A stretch of 61,077 nt of DNA, the filler included. It is 12 parts of 12 records of this genome, joined end to end, with 100 filler letters (N's around TTAATTAATTAA, not from the genome) between each part and the next. Parts side by side here need not be neighbours in the genome. Positions count along the whole stretch, not along the records: positions 1 to 6,904 come from SRR15195285_9963; positions 7,005 to 18,398 come from SRR15195285_9985; 10 more parts are not named here. The stretch is one strand, 5' to 3'. Position numbers and translations under genes: made by a program. This document shows positions 1 through 11,700 of this stretch, in pieces. The notes beneath the pieces were generated by a model that saw nothing but the letters and a program-made list of their open reading frames with translations, searched no databases and was not told the DNA's origin. The first letter of the stretch is position 1, and every line of letters begins with the position of its first letter.

Positions 1-513
1 AGTGTGCGAGGGAAGAAGGAATTCGAGCCTGGCTGCCGGGCGCGTTCCGGTGGTCACGCGACGGAAGTTTCCTCTGCGCGCCGCCCCCCGGGAGGCGACT
101 TAGCATCACACGACCTGCGCCAATTGCTGCGAGATAATTGCGATTTTCACCGAGGTGTAAGCGCAGGAAGGACTATGGGAGTCTACGTGTAGGTAGGGCT
201 AAAGGGAATGGGCTGAGTGTGCTATCGAGGCAATACTACAGTACACCGGTACATGTACCGTACTATGGTCCTAGATATCGTACTATAATGTATACTGTGT
301 CACGGATGCGAATCCTCCAGCGCTTGAGCCGGAGCGACCTGAGGCAGTCAGTTTCAACTGGAACACGTCGGTGACGCCACGCCCACTATACCACCTGTGA
401 TATTCGCAAACTAACTAAAGGAAGCGGAGCGTCGGAGAAGGAGAGAGGAACATACCGAGGAGCATAAATGAACAATCGTTTCGCTTGAAGCCACACATAC
501 CTAGCGTCGACAC

Positions 514-2299
514 TCAGATCGCCATAGGCGGACCGCAAGCCGCCCAAGCGGGTAGTGGCGCCTCCACGTCGATCCCACTCTCAGGAACCTTGTAGCTGCA
601 TGCCAAGCCCACGAGCAGTATGGCATGAGATAGAGCACCACAGACAAGGCACCAACGGGAAGGGACTTTATCACCAAATTGCCAAGCAAATAGACCAAGT
701 GACGTAACAGCCCGAGAGATGAGACAGTGCACCTCACCGGTGAGCATGTAGCCAAATGCCACCTAGATCATCCAACGATGGCGAGCTGCTACCATCGTCG
801 CGCCCAGTGGTAGCATCGCAGATTTGTTGTTGAGTCCACTTGCAGCGAGGGCACCAATCGCGCCAGTGCTGTGAAGACGTGTACATCTTCATCAACGTGC
901 CTTGGGCGTCGTCACGGTAGGCAGTTACACCAGGACGAACCTCTGCAGGTAGTGTCCCGCCTATCAAATCAAACAGAAAGCGGACAAGTGCTCGTTCGGT
1001 TCGTAACCATGCAAGTTCTCAAACAATCAAAGAGGATACGAGTTGCTGTCTACTGCATGCAATTCCAACAGGGAGAACCGTACCGTAGAGAGAATCGTTT
1101 GCGATTGGCCAACCGATATGCGCCAAGTGGACGCGTATCTGATGACGCTGGCCGGTCTTCGGACGGCAAGCCACTAGCACGGTTCCGTCCGGCAGTGCTG
1201 ATGCGTCGCAGTCTAGCCTCTTAAAGTGTGTAACCGCTAGAGCAGCAGCATCTGAGCCCTCGCTGCTGGTGACAGCACCCTCAGCATGAACGTACGCTTT
1301 GCTGTCTGCACTTCGCCAGCCAATCGGCGCAGCCACAGTGAACTCCTCAGCTGGAAATTCGTCTGCGCCGCCACCAGCAGCGTCAAAACTTTGCGACCCT
1401 TGCAGGCGTCTCCCTCGCTGTACTCTAGCGACATACACCTTTTCGACCATATCCTTCTTCTGAATCTTATCTAACAGCCTCGCCGCCTGCCGCCGCGACT
1501 TGCCCAGCAGTAGCACGCCGCTCACGGGTTTATCGAGCCGGTGACCAGGCTCTGCACCAAAAAATCCAGTTTGACGCCGAACAATTCCCATTAGGCTGTT
1601 CGGGCCCATAGTCTCGCCAATCGTGGCAATGCCCGCGGGTTTGTCAATTGCCAGCATGGACTCGTTCTCGAACAGGACGCGCACCGTCACAGCGGGCACC
1701 ACCCGCTCGTGGACGTGTCGCACGATCTGCACCGCGCTCCCTATCTCAACCTCGGTATCCGGATCGGGAGTAATGAACTGGTAAGGGTCGTCGATTGAGC
1801 GCTTTCGTTTTCGGTACAGCACACGGCCTGCTGCTAGCTCGCCACGCCAGTGCGCCACGGCTTCCTCTAATGGCTGCTCACCCCGGTGCAGCCGCCACAT
1901 CTCGGCCAGCACTTGGCTCAGTGGGAGGTCAGCGTACCGCTCTTTCAACCACGTGATCTTGCTTTCGTCATACGGTGCTGCGTACTGCAAACCATGTGCG
2001 ACAACTGACGTTCCTGATGGTGGCGGCGGACCACCTCGTGCCGCTGCACCCGCTGCCCTCCTGTCAGCAGCTCTGGCTTTGAGCCGTTCTAGAGTCTCTG
2101 GGTCAGGCGTTCCATGAGAACGAAAGCACGCGTCTCCGTTCCGGCACTTGCCCTTCTGAAAACCTGCAAACTTGAGACACAACTCTTTCCCTTCCACGTC
2201 GAAGTACACGGGCTCGCGCTGTGAACGCTGTTGCTGCTGGATCGGCAGTACCTGTGGGTCTCCTGCTACCGCAGCCGCTGCTGCCTCGGGCTCAGCCAT
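514..2299 (-). CDS. RluA-family (RPUSD2/Pus9-like) pseudouridine synthase with N-terminal CCCH zinc finger; 3 exons (2299-1084, 960-738, 595-514)
   Basis: Motifs IDKPAG, catalytic HRLD, KVYVARV, PKTGQRHQIRVHLAHIGWPIANDSLYG. GT-AG introns 1083-961 and 737-596 restore the frame to WCPRC...GIWLHAHRY...APLPAWA. N-terminal C-x10-C-x5-C-x3-H. Confidence 0.9.
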
Positions 2300-2615
2300 T
2301 GGTGTCCGGGTCGCGGCGTGCGCTCGCGCCGCGGGCGCGCGTGTACATATACACTTATACAGTACCGCGCGTGCGGCCGCCACTTACATCATACTCGACA
2401 TACATGCAATTACAAAATACGATATAGCATATACCCAGGTACCGTCGTAGCCATGTAGGATCCTAGCGCTTGCGCGCGCGCCGGCGGCATACGTGTATAC
2501 AAATTGGCATTTATTTTACGGAGCACGAGGTAGATATCGCGCAGCAATAAATCGCCGCCGCGCGCCGCCGCCGCGCCGCCGCGCCGCCGGGAGCGTCTGT
2601 ACCGTACGTACTGGT
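2300..2615. promoter_or_regulatory. Probable bidirectional promoter region, TA/GTAC-rich
   Basis: Short gap between divergent starts; AT-rich core with TAGGATCCTA, also found in the divergent gap at 50883. Confidence 0.5.
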
Positions 2616-5600
2616 ATGTTCTTGGCGATGGTGCCTCAGCTGGGTCGTCGCTTTGTGCCGCTGCTGCCGCCGCCGCTGGTGGTGCTGGTGCTGGTGCTGT
2701 CAGCTTCCAACCCCACCAGCGCCTCCTTACCCGAATATCCACACAAGCTCCCAGTCCATGCAGCAGGAGAGTCTACAAGTGGAGAGCCTCTGCTCGTGCA
2801 AGAGCCTGCACCCCAATCACAAGTGCGCCAATTTGTCAGCTATAGCTATACACACTGTGGGATTAGATGTGTGGCTGGCAATCTCCGGGCTGGGCCCGGA
2901 CCACCCTCGCTTTGCGGCGCTCACAATTAACGTCGATGGGTGGCTGTACGGGCAGGCTGCGTCGGTTGCGACACAGCACAACTGGGCAGGGATTAGCAAC
3001 TACTACCTCTGGTCGTGCAATGCCACGGTACGGGCGGAGGCGCTCAATGCAGTACGCGCCGCTGGCCTGCGGGTAGTGCGCGTGTTCTTGGTTTCGACGA
3101 TAGGTGGGGGTGCCGTCGCCGCCTGCGCCGACACTCCAACACCGGATGTGGAACCACACTCCGTCGGCTCCTACGACGATACAATCCTCGCGCGGCTGGA
3201 CCAGCTGATGTACGAGGCTGCCGAGCGCGGCCTGAAGCTTACAGTAGCGCTTCATGATCGCTGGAGCCTCGGGTGCTGGCGGACAGACGCGTACGCGCAG
3301 AAGTACAACTTGACACGCGCCCCGTGCGGCTCTGAGCCTGGCCTCAACGATCCGACGGCATTCTACGAGAGTTCCGAAGCGTTGGACGATTTCAACCGTC
3401 GGATACACCATATTTTGACCTACCGCTCGGTGCGCTGCGTGGACTCGCGCATAGTGGATTGAGTGTCACATTCCAGCTGCGCTATCGTCATGTTCTGGGA
3501 AGTAGAAATGCTTGCCTGTCGGGTTTGCAGGCGCATACCGGCCGACCGTTAGGCGAGTGGTCTCAGGCGCTCTTTTCAGTCGAGGCGGAGAATGAGGCCT
3601 TCGGGCATGCTGAGGTTACGACAAAGTCAGCCAACTGGATGTGCAGGTGAGCTCACCTGCACTGGCCAGGCACACACAGTCGTCACGATATCGAAGAGTT
3701 GTAGAGCCCAACTTGAACAAACGAAACCATCGCAAACCATCATCTTTGAAATGGGAAGTGTAGGTGAAAGTCACCCTGCATGATTGTGCTTGGTGCATGT
3801 ATGAGCAGTACTGCTGCAACGATCCGGTCGCTTGTAGACCCCGCCGTGCTGGTGACGTCGGTATGTGGCCAAACGCACGCACGCTATGGCCACAGACATG
3901 CCTACGGATATTCCACCCCTCTCCCGACCAAATACAAAGTGTGCACCCAACATCATCAACCTAAGAGTTGCTCTGACAGGGTGGTGGTGGAGTGGGCAAC
4001 GCGACTGGCTTCGAGGAGCTCAAACTGGCAAGCTCATAGGCTATGTCGAACATGCCCGACTCAATTTCAATTGACCTCAAAAATCAGTCTCAGAACATTG
4101 CTGATCGGAATTGGAACAGGTGACAACAATGGCTGAGTGCAAGGCGATAGACGTAATCGCGCTCCACTCCTATGCGAGCAGTGGGAGCATCAGTGCTTCA
4201 ACGTTGGACAAGCAGCTATCCACGTATGGTCAGACACTTCGGAGTGCGAGTGCAAAAGGTGACATGGCGCGGCTCATCTTGCAGGAGTGGGGTGCTCAGT
4301 CCGCGGATGGCAATCGTACGAGACAAGCAGAGATATTCAGCGCGCAGGTGTGATCGTACATGTTCTCGGGTCTAGTCTTCTTGCCGGGTCGAGCTAGACT
4401 GACCAGTAATTTTTTTCGTTATCGCTCTGTTGGATTATCGTGTGAGCCGTCTGTAGGCACAAGTGGCTGCAAGGCACGAAGTGCCGCAAATATACTGGGG
4501 TCTGCAGCCGGCAAACCTTCCAACGCCTGCCTCAGACTTCGGTATCTGCCCTCCAGCACCAGCACCTACGCACTCTGGCACGCAAACTGTGTGGCAGACA
4601 GCGCTCTATCCAGCTACACAGGCTGCAGTCTTGCAGAGTGTTTCGGTGGACTGGCCTGAGATATGGGGATGCAGCATCAATCATGGCAACAACCACAGTG
4701 GGCTCAGCCAAGAATGCGAAATGAATGGTCGCTGCGTCACCGTCGATAGCCAGACAAGATTGGCATCATCATCAGGCCGTCAGTTTGGCAGCCACTCTGG
4801 CCATGGGTACTGCTTGTGCGAGCCGGGGTGGCGCGGGCCGACATGCGCCTCATTAAAGCTTGGCGCGACTCCACGCATGTCAGGATTTCGACATGAGAAC
4901 CACAGCTCTTGGGGCGGTTCCATTGTGAAGGACCCGCCGCTCCCAGGCGCAACAGGTGAGTGGGTGCTGTTGCCGCTACGCTGTGGGATTTGTAGCACCT
5001 TTGGTCAGAATCACGCGATCAGAGATCACACGTGTTTTTGTTATGTCGCGTGGTATCACCATTATGCTGGCTGTGGCTTCAACACAGATTCACCCGGACA
5101 GTGGAGCATGTTTTCATCATTCATGCTCGGGGAATGTGGCCTGAATGACTGGAACATCAACAGCGAAATTGTGCGTGCGGTGGCCTCCGACCCGGTGGGA
5201 CCTTACAAGATGGTGGAGCGAGTGGCTGGACCGTTCGTGAGTGGTTTTTGTGTGAAGGCACTGATATGTGTAGTGGCTGTTATAACGTTGGTTGTAGCGC
5301 CCATAGTGTTGATGTCGCTGTTGTGGCTGCTGCTGCTGTGGCTTTGTGGGGTGTGGCGGGTCCTACGCAGGCACACGAGCCAAACGTCGTGCAGGGGAGG
5401 ACACAGGACGGCCAGTACATTCTACTTGGCACCATGAATGCCCATACTGTCGCACCACCGGCAGGAATTGTCAACTGCAGCCATAATAACGAGCAGAGTG
5501 ACGGGCGCATGCTCGAGCAGCAGCGTGGTAGTTTGGATCCGCTACCACCGCCAAAGGACACGTACGCTTGGATTGCGTCGAGCCCTGCTGAGATGGCAAA

Positions 5601-6769
5601 GTCGAAGCCGTTCATGGTGGTCAACTCTACGCAGTGGGATGCAGATCCGGGTGTCCATCATACCAACCGCACTGCGGTGAGCACTCTTGCTCACTCAGTT
5701 CTAGTGCAGCATAGTGCTTTGGATTTTTGATTTCATAACACCACAACGGGAGTGAACACAATACTCGTGCCATCGAAATTGTGTGCTTGCTTACCTTAGG
5801 TCTGCGACACCAATCTCGCTGGCGCTTTGCTCCCGAATGGCACATTGGTTGGCGTCTGGCGCCACTGTGAAACCATCAATTTGCACACAGAGCCGCACTC
5901 GCTAATCGCGACTGACCCGGTGCGCTCGTGATATCTCTGAAGTTGTGAGCTGTTTTTTCAAGAGTTCAGGTGCATTGTGTGTGGTGACAGGCTGATATGC
6001 GAACGTATAAACCTTGCGTCGCGACCGACACGGATAACGTATCTCCGCCAGCTGATGACTACCAGCCGTGCGCATCATCACAGTTTGTCAACTTTCCATT
6101 TCTGTCACATGCAGGCGCAGAGGACCCGTGAGTGCCGTTCGTGCACTCGTCATCGCCACCAATCTGCCAGCAACAAAACTCAAAGCGACAGGAAGTTCGA
6201 AGCATCTGCGTGCACCCAGCATGATCATCAGAAACTGTGCTTGACTGTTTGGCACGGCCTGATCGGCTGGTTGGCTGGACTGCAGCTATGTTTATGCGAC
6301 GGCCGATGGAGTGGTTCATGCAGTTATGCACGACGAGCAGATCACGCGCTGTGCCGATGGCCCCGTAGGATGCTGGCCAGGTATGAGAATTCACAGTCGA
6401 TCAGCATGGTGCTGGTTATGCCTCATCACAATTTCTGTGTGCATCGCAACTTCAGGGGGGCGTCATGCGTTCTCCCTCGATTATGGGAGGACCTGGTCTT
6501 ACTCGGCTTTCGACGCTTACAATGGAACGGTGGAGTGGCTCTCTTCGGGCATGGACGAGGCTAACGCCACGGCTAGCAGCAACGGTAGAAACAGCATCGG
6601 TGCTGAAAGGTCGACCGAAACAGTAGTGGAGGTGGAGGAGTTGTACCTTCGAGCGAGGCCTCACCTACTACTAGACGAGCATGGTCAGATAACGCATTTG
6701 AGTACGGGGGCGCGGCCGACGAAACAGAGTGACTACGTATATACCCTCGTGGTTCCAGTGCTTGCGTAG
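2616..6769 (+). CDS. Secreted glycoside hydrolase fusion: signal peptide + GH5 domain + EGF-like linker + GH43-like beta-propeller; about 13 exons
   Basis: Hydrophobic N-terminus. GH5-like motifs GLRVVRVF, GLKLTVALHDRWSLG, acid/base AENEA, IDVIALHSY, nucleophile LILQEWG. EGF CLCEPGWRGPTC. Propeller motifs SSWGGSIV, NSEIVRAVASDPVGPY, AHEPNVV, AEDPYVY, RARPHL, YTLVVP. In-frame splice sites traced by eye. Start is ATG 2616 or 2628. Confidence 0.78.
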
Positions 6770-6904
6770 AAAAGGCCAGGGCTTAGATGAGTCGAACTTG
6801 GTTACTTCGTGCAATGAAATTCCGCAGGCGTTCGATTCGTACCGGTACTCAATAGCGTCGCTTGGCTCGCACTCGTATCTTTAATTCCGAATCACGCATG
6901 TTAC

Positions 6905-7004
6905 NNNNNNNNNNNNNNNNNNNNNNNNNNNNNNNNNNNNNNNNNNNNTTAATTAATTAANNNNNNNNNNNNNNNNNNNNNNNNNNNNNNNNNNNNNNNN
7001 NNNN
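6905..7004. other. Artificial contig spacer (N44-TTAATTAATTAA-N44); identical copies at 18399, 21651, 25495, 29712, 35364, 39228, 43812, 48380, 53260 and 56685
   Basis: Same 100-nt structure 11 times; the core puts stop codons in all six frames. Confidence 0.99.
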
Positions 7005-7007
7005 GAC

Positions 7008-8672
7008 ATGTCGGAGGACGACGAGCTGCTCGGTGGCGCCGGTGGGGGCAGCCCGCCGCCGGCTGCAGGCACAGGTGGCGCTGGCGGAGGCGGGGAACCG
7101 GAGGATGGCAGTGAGGATTCTGACGAGGAGTTCGACGATGTGCCGATGGGAACGTCGCGCGTGTGTGGAATTGAGTGCACGCACAGCACGCTCGCGTGTC
7201 TGCTCTGTCAGCTGGTGTGCACCATCCCGGCGTTGCTTCTGGTGCCTACCATCGCTGGCGTAGACAGAACGGGTTGGGCGATCACAACTGCAGCGCTGGG
7301 TCTGCTTGTGCTGTGCGGATGCACCGTGCTGTGCTCCTGCCTCTGGTCGGCGCTGTGCGATGATGGCTTCGAGGAGAAAGGCGAGGTCAATCTGCACGAG
7401 CAGCACGAGAGGATCATGGCGATGACGGAGCAGGATCTCGAGGCGCAGGTCTTCGTCGACCCGTACAGACTCGCCGACCAGAGCCGCGGCTCCAGCGATG
7501 GCAGCTCTACTGCACTGTCCACCGCCCTGGCGCGCCCACCGGGAGGAATGGCTCCTGGCGGGGGGGCTGTCACCGACACTTCCTACTACGACCTGCTCGG
7601 TGTCCCTCATGACGCCAGCACTGCAGCAATCAAGAAGGCGTACTACAAGCTAGCAGTGCAAGTGCACCCAGACAAGAATCCAGATGACCCAGAAGCTCAG
7701 TCCAAGTTCCAGGCAATAGGTCAGGCTTACCAGGTGCTATCCAACGAGCAGCTCCGTAAACGATACGACGCGCGCGGTGCTGCGGCAGTCGAGGGCGAAG
7801 AGTTCATGGACTCGTCAATGCTCTTCGTCATGATCTTCGGCAATGAAAGATTCGAGGAATATGTCGGTGAGCTGCCGATGATTGCGGAGATGGACCCTGG
7901 CGCCACGCACACGGCTGCTGGCCAAATGCTGCGGCAGAAGCAGCGCGAGGCTCGGGTTGCTTACAGACTGTCCGAGAAACTGTCTGGCGTGACGGCGGGC
8001 ACCACACCGATGAGTGAGTTTGTCACGGCAGCAAGAGAGGAGGCGGTCGAACTCTCTGCGTCGCCATTCGGTGCGTCACTACTGTACCATATCGGGCGGG
8101 TGTACTGTGCCATGTCAGATCGCCATCTAGGCTACGAGTCTGGGCTCGGTTTTGCTGGTCATCGCGCGGCCTGGAAAGAGCGGCGGCACGCTATGAAGCA
8201 AACGGCGGGTGCGATGGTCGATGTGGCGAAAGTAGCAAGCGCGGTGCACAAAACAGTTGGGGCAGAGGAACCAGATGAGGAACTCGTGCCTGATGCAGAG
8301 CAGATTCCGCAATTCCTCAAGGTTGTGTTTCAGATGACAGTATTGGACGTTGAGAACACGTTACGGCGCTCCTGTGACCTTGTTTTGCGGGATACAGACC
8401 CACAGGACAAAGCCGCGCGACGAAGACGTGGAGAGGCGATGCAGGCTCTCGGGCTGCTGTTCCAGGAAGTGGCTGATGGGACGAATCGCGAAGAGAGGCA
8501 CGCCGAAGCCTTCGATCAGATGGCAGAGCAGATGCAATCGGCGGTTGCTGCGGCACAGTCGGCAGAGGCTGGCGACGCAGATGGACAATCAGAGCTTGGG
8601 GCCCAGGGCGACGAGGCAATTGTACCACCAGGCACACAGGCACCAGCTGGGCAAGGCGACGCCCGGCCGTGA
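7008..8672 (+). CDS. J-domain + DnaJ-X domain protein (Djp1/Caj1/ATJ10-like) with two N-terminal hydrophobic segments
   Basis: TSYYDLLGV...YYKLAVQVHPDKNP...FQAIGQAYQVLS; X-domain FGASLLYHIGRVY and DVENTLRRSCDLVLRD...RRRRGEAM. ATG is 3 nt from the contig edge, so it may be 5'-partial. Confidence 0.88.
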   Translation: MSEDDELLGGAGGGSPPPAAGTGGAGGGGEPEDGSEDSDEEFDDVPMGTSRVCGIECTHSTLACLLCQLVCTIPALLLVPTIAGVDRTGWAITTAALGLLVLCGCTVLCSCLWSALCDDGFEEKGEVNLHEQHERIMAMTEQDLEAQVFVDPYRLADQSRGSSDGSSTALSTALARPPGGMAPGGGAVTDTSYYDLLGVPHDASTAAIKKAYYKLAVQVHPDKNPDDPEAQSKFQAIGQAYQVLSNEQLRKRYDARGAAAVEGEEFMDSSMLFVMIFGNERFEEYVGELPMIAEMDPGATHTAAGQMLRQKQREARVAYRLSEKLSGVTAGTTPMSEFVTAAREEAVELSASPFGASLLYHIGRVYCAMSDRHLGYESGLGFAGHRAAWKERRHAMKQTAGAMVDVAKVASAVHKTVGAEEPDEELVPDAEQIPQFLKVVFQMTVLDVENTLRRSCDLVLRDTDPQDKAARRRRGEAMQALGLLFQEVADGTNREERHAEAFDQMAEQMQSAVAAAQSAEAGDADGQSELGAQGDEAIVPPGTQAPAGQGDARP

Positions 8673-8757
8673 CCTGTTGATGCACAACTGTAAGTCAATG
8701 AAGCAGTTTGATCATTTTGCTACGGCAAGACATTCACTCGCGTGACAGTAGGAAGCA

Positions 8758-11700
8758 CTAGGAAGCCTGCAGCGAGGCCTGCACCGCTTCCGGTGTTTGC
8801 AGGAACCGTATGTGCGGAAGTAATTTGGCGGCTGCTGCTAACTTTCTAGGGGAGTGCCTGTGCACTGCAACGGGCTTGTCGATGAGGTTTCTCGGGTTTG
8901 CGCGAGCTTCCCAGAACCTGCCGTCAGCTAGTGCCGCCTCGAGTCTGCCATGTCCAGAGTCATAATACTCCGAGTCAGGGTCTACTATGTGTATGTTGCC
9001 CGTGGCTGTCGCTGCATGTGGGTTCGATTCGATGAACCAGCGCGCAGGATCGCGGCCGAGCTCACTCATCTCCTCGTCTGAGAGATCGTCGTTTGAAACA
9101 GCGCTGCCGAATTCATCCGTTGCATCGATTATGTCTGGGTCAGCCAGGTTCGGCATTGCTAGCATCTCCGATGGGACCAGCCGCCAAGGTTCACCTTGCT
9201 GTATCGAATCGATGGTGTGGCGATCACCGCGTGTCGCGTGCTGGTGGGTTGCTGCCATCTCTTCAAACTCTGCGCGCTGCAGGTCCTCCTTAGCCATCGC
9301 CGTATATCTACCATCTAGCTTCCATCCCATCTTGTAAAGAAATTTTGTAGACCAGTCGCTCACGTACTTGGCATAAGTGAACCGGCCACGTTCGACGTAC
9401 ATCCGTGCGGCGTCCGCCATCTCTGCGTCAAGCCAGTCAAAAGGGCCGTACTGCACCGCGATTCGAACGAGGTAGTCAAATTTCTTCTCGTCAGTGAGAC
9501 TCGGCCACGGCGGGATCTGATGCTCCGTTTGAAAAGTACGTAGTTCTTCTGAAACCATGGCAATGATCGTGGCGCGCAACGAATCTCGTTCCTGCCAGTG
9601 TGGTAACGCTGGGGGCGTGCGAGAGACTCGCGCTAGCTGCTCCGGCGTCGGTGTACGCGGCGGCGGTAGATCATTGGGCTGGCAGGTCACCTCGAGCTCG
9701 ATTAACCCGTACGGATTAGGGACCGAATACTTTCCCTGTATTCTCAGCACCTCCAGCCAATTCTCCAACAGTGCTGTTGACACCTCTGTGGTCCTACCTT
9801 GCGCGCTCTGTGCGGTGTCAGTCAGCGGCCACCGCTGTGTAAACGTAAAGGCACCCCAGCCTCCGACCTCCCTGAGAAAGGGGCGCAAATCGATGTCGAT
9901 TCCGCCGAGAAGATCGTCGGCGTCCATGTCCTTGTCTTTTACTGCCACTGAGAGCACCCAGTCTTCCTGTCTGTGCATCGAAAACTGGAAGAGCTCCCCA
10001 TACACAGGATCGAGGTTCTTCTTCTGCACGCTGCTCTTGAAAGTCGGATGGTTGCCGCCACAGTTCAGCTCAACGTAAGGGTCCGAGGTGCGAGACGAGT
10101 CTGCCCCGATCAGCTTCACGCACTTAACAACCCGGATAGTAAGGGTCGCGTCACGCTTCACGTTCTCGCAGTTGGCGTCAGGAATCTGTTCCGTTTCAAG
10201 TGACTTTGGTGCGGGCTCTGGCTCAGGTTGTGTCAGGGGCACTAGTTCGCCTCCGTACTCGTCGCCTGAAACGCTGTTAGACTCGTCTGACTGCGAGAAG
10301 TCTGAAAGGTCCGAAAACTCATCATCGTCGATAGCCCGTGTGAAGTACTGCAGAAACTCCTCGTAGGAGACGTCGGCGTCATCGTCATCGTCCATTGACT
10401 GCAACAACCATTTGAGCTCGTTCTGCTCAATGTGCTTCACACCAAACTCAGCCAGGATTGAAGCGAGTTCGTTGGTATCCAAAGTACCGGACTCGTCTGT
10501 GTCTGAACGCTTGAATGCTATCGTAAGCTGCACGCGGTTGACTTGAACGGCCCGACGAATCTTTGCTTCGAGCCTGCGCAACCGTTTCTCTTCAGCCGCC
10601 CTGCGCTCCGCACGTGCCTGTTGGATGTCCGAAAAAGGTTTGACAACGCTCTGGCAAATGGCCTTTCGACGCTTCTGAATGTAGGTACACACCGCGTAGG
10701 TGATGCAAGGGATGCCTACCACACCGAGGAAGGAAAATATAGAACCCCAAATTAGCCACCAGACACATTCTGGGTCTTGGAGGCACGGGTCATACGAGTC
10801 CACCCACCGGTCACAGTTCTTTCCGCCTGTACCTGGGCGGCAAGTGCAGACATAGTCCCCTGGACCGTCGTTGCACACCGGAGGGTCACATACGTTCGGG
10901 TCCTTGCACGGTTCCATATGAATGCACGGATTTGATGCGCATTCATTAAAATTGGATTCGCAGTTACCAGTGAACAAGTGTGTCGGGTCACCGAGAGGCA
11001 CTCCATCTGCTGTGAAGCCCAATGGACCGTGGAAACCAACGCGACAAGTACAGCTATATATATCCACCTGGGTCATCTCGTCAAACATACAGGAGGAGCG
11101 ATCCAAACAAGACGACTGGTCACTGCACCAGGCATTGTTTCGGCACGGGTTCGATCGGCACTCGTCTATATCGGCTTGGCAGCGAACACCTGCCCAGCCT
11201 GCAACACAGTGGCACTTGTACGCATCAACCTCATCCTCACATCTGCCACCGCGATAGCACGGTCTACTTTCACAGTCGTCTACATCTGTTTCGCACTGGT
11301 GCCCGATAAAGCCTGTCGGACAGTCGCACGTGAATGCTGGTACACCGAACTCGTGGCTACATCTACCACCATTGAAACATGGGCTCGACTCGCACTCGTC
11401 ATAATCCTCCTCACAATTGTGACCTTGAAATCCATCAGCACAAGCACAAATGTAAGCATCTACATGATCAACACAATTGTTGAGGATTAGACCAACACAC
11501 GGATCACTTATGCATTCATCAATATCGATCTCGCAGTTCAGTCCCTCATAGCCCTGGGAACAGCTGCAACCATAACTGTCAACTGGTATCTGCGAATTGG
11601 TCGTTGACTCGGAGCATTCTCCGTCATTGTTGCACGGACTGCTGTCGCATTCAACTATATCGACGTCACAGTCAACTCCCGTCCATCCCGGTCGGCACTC

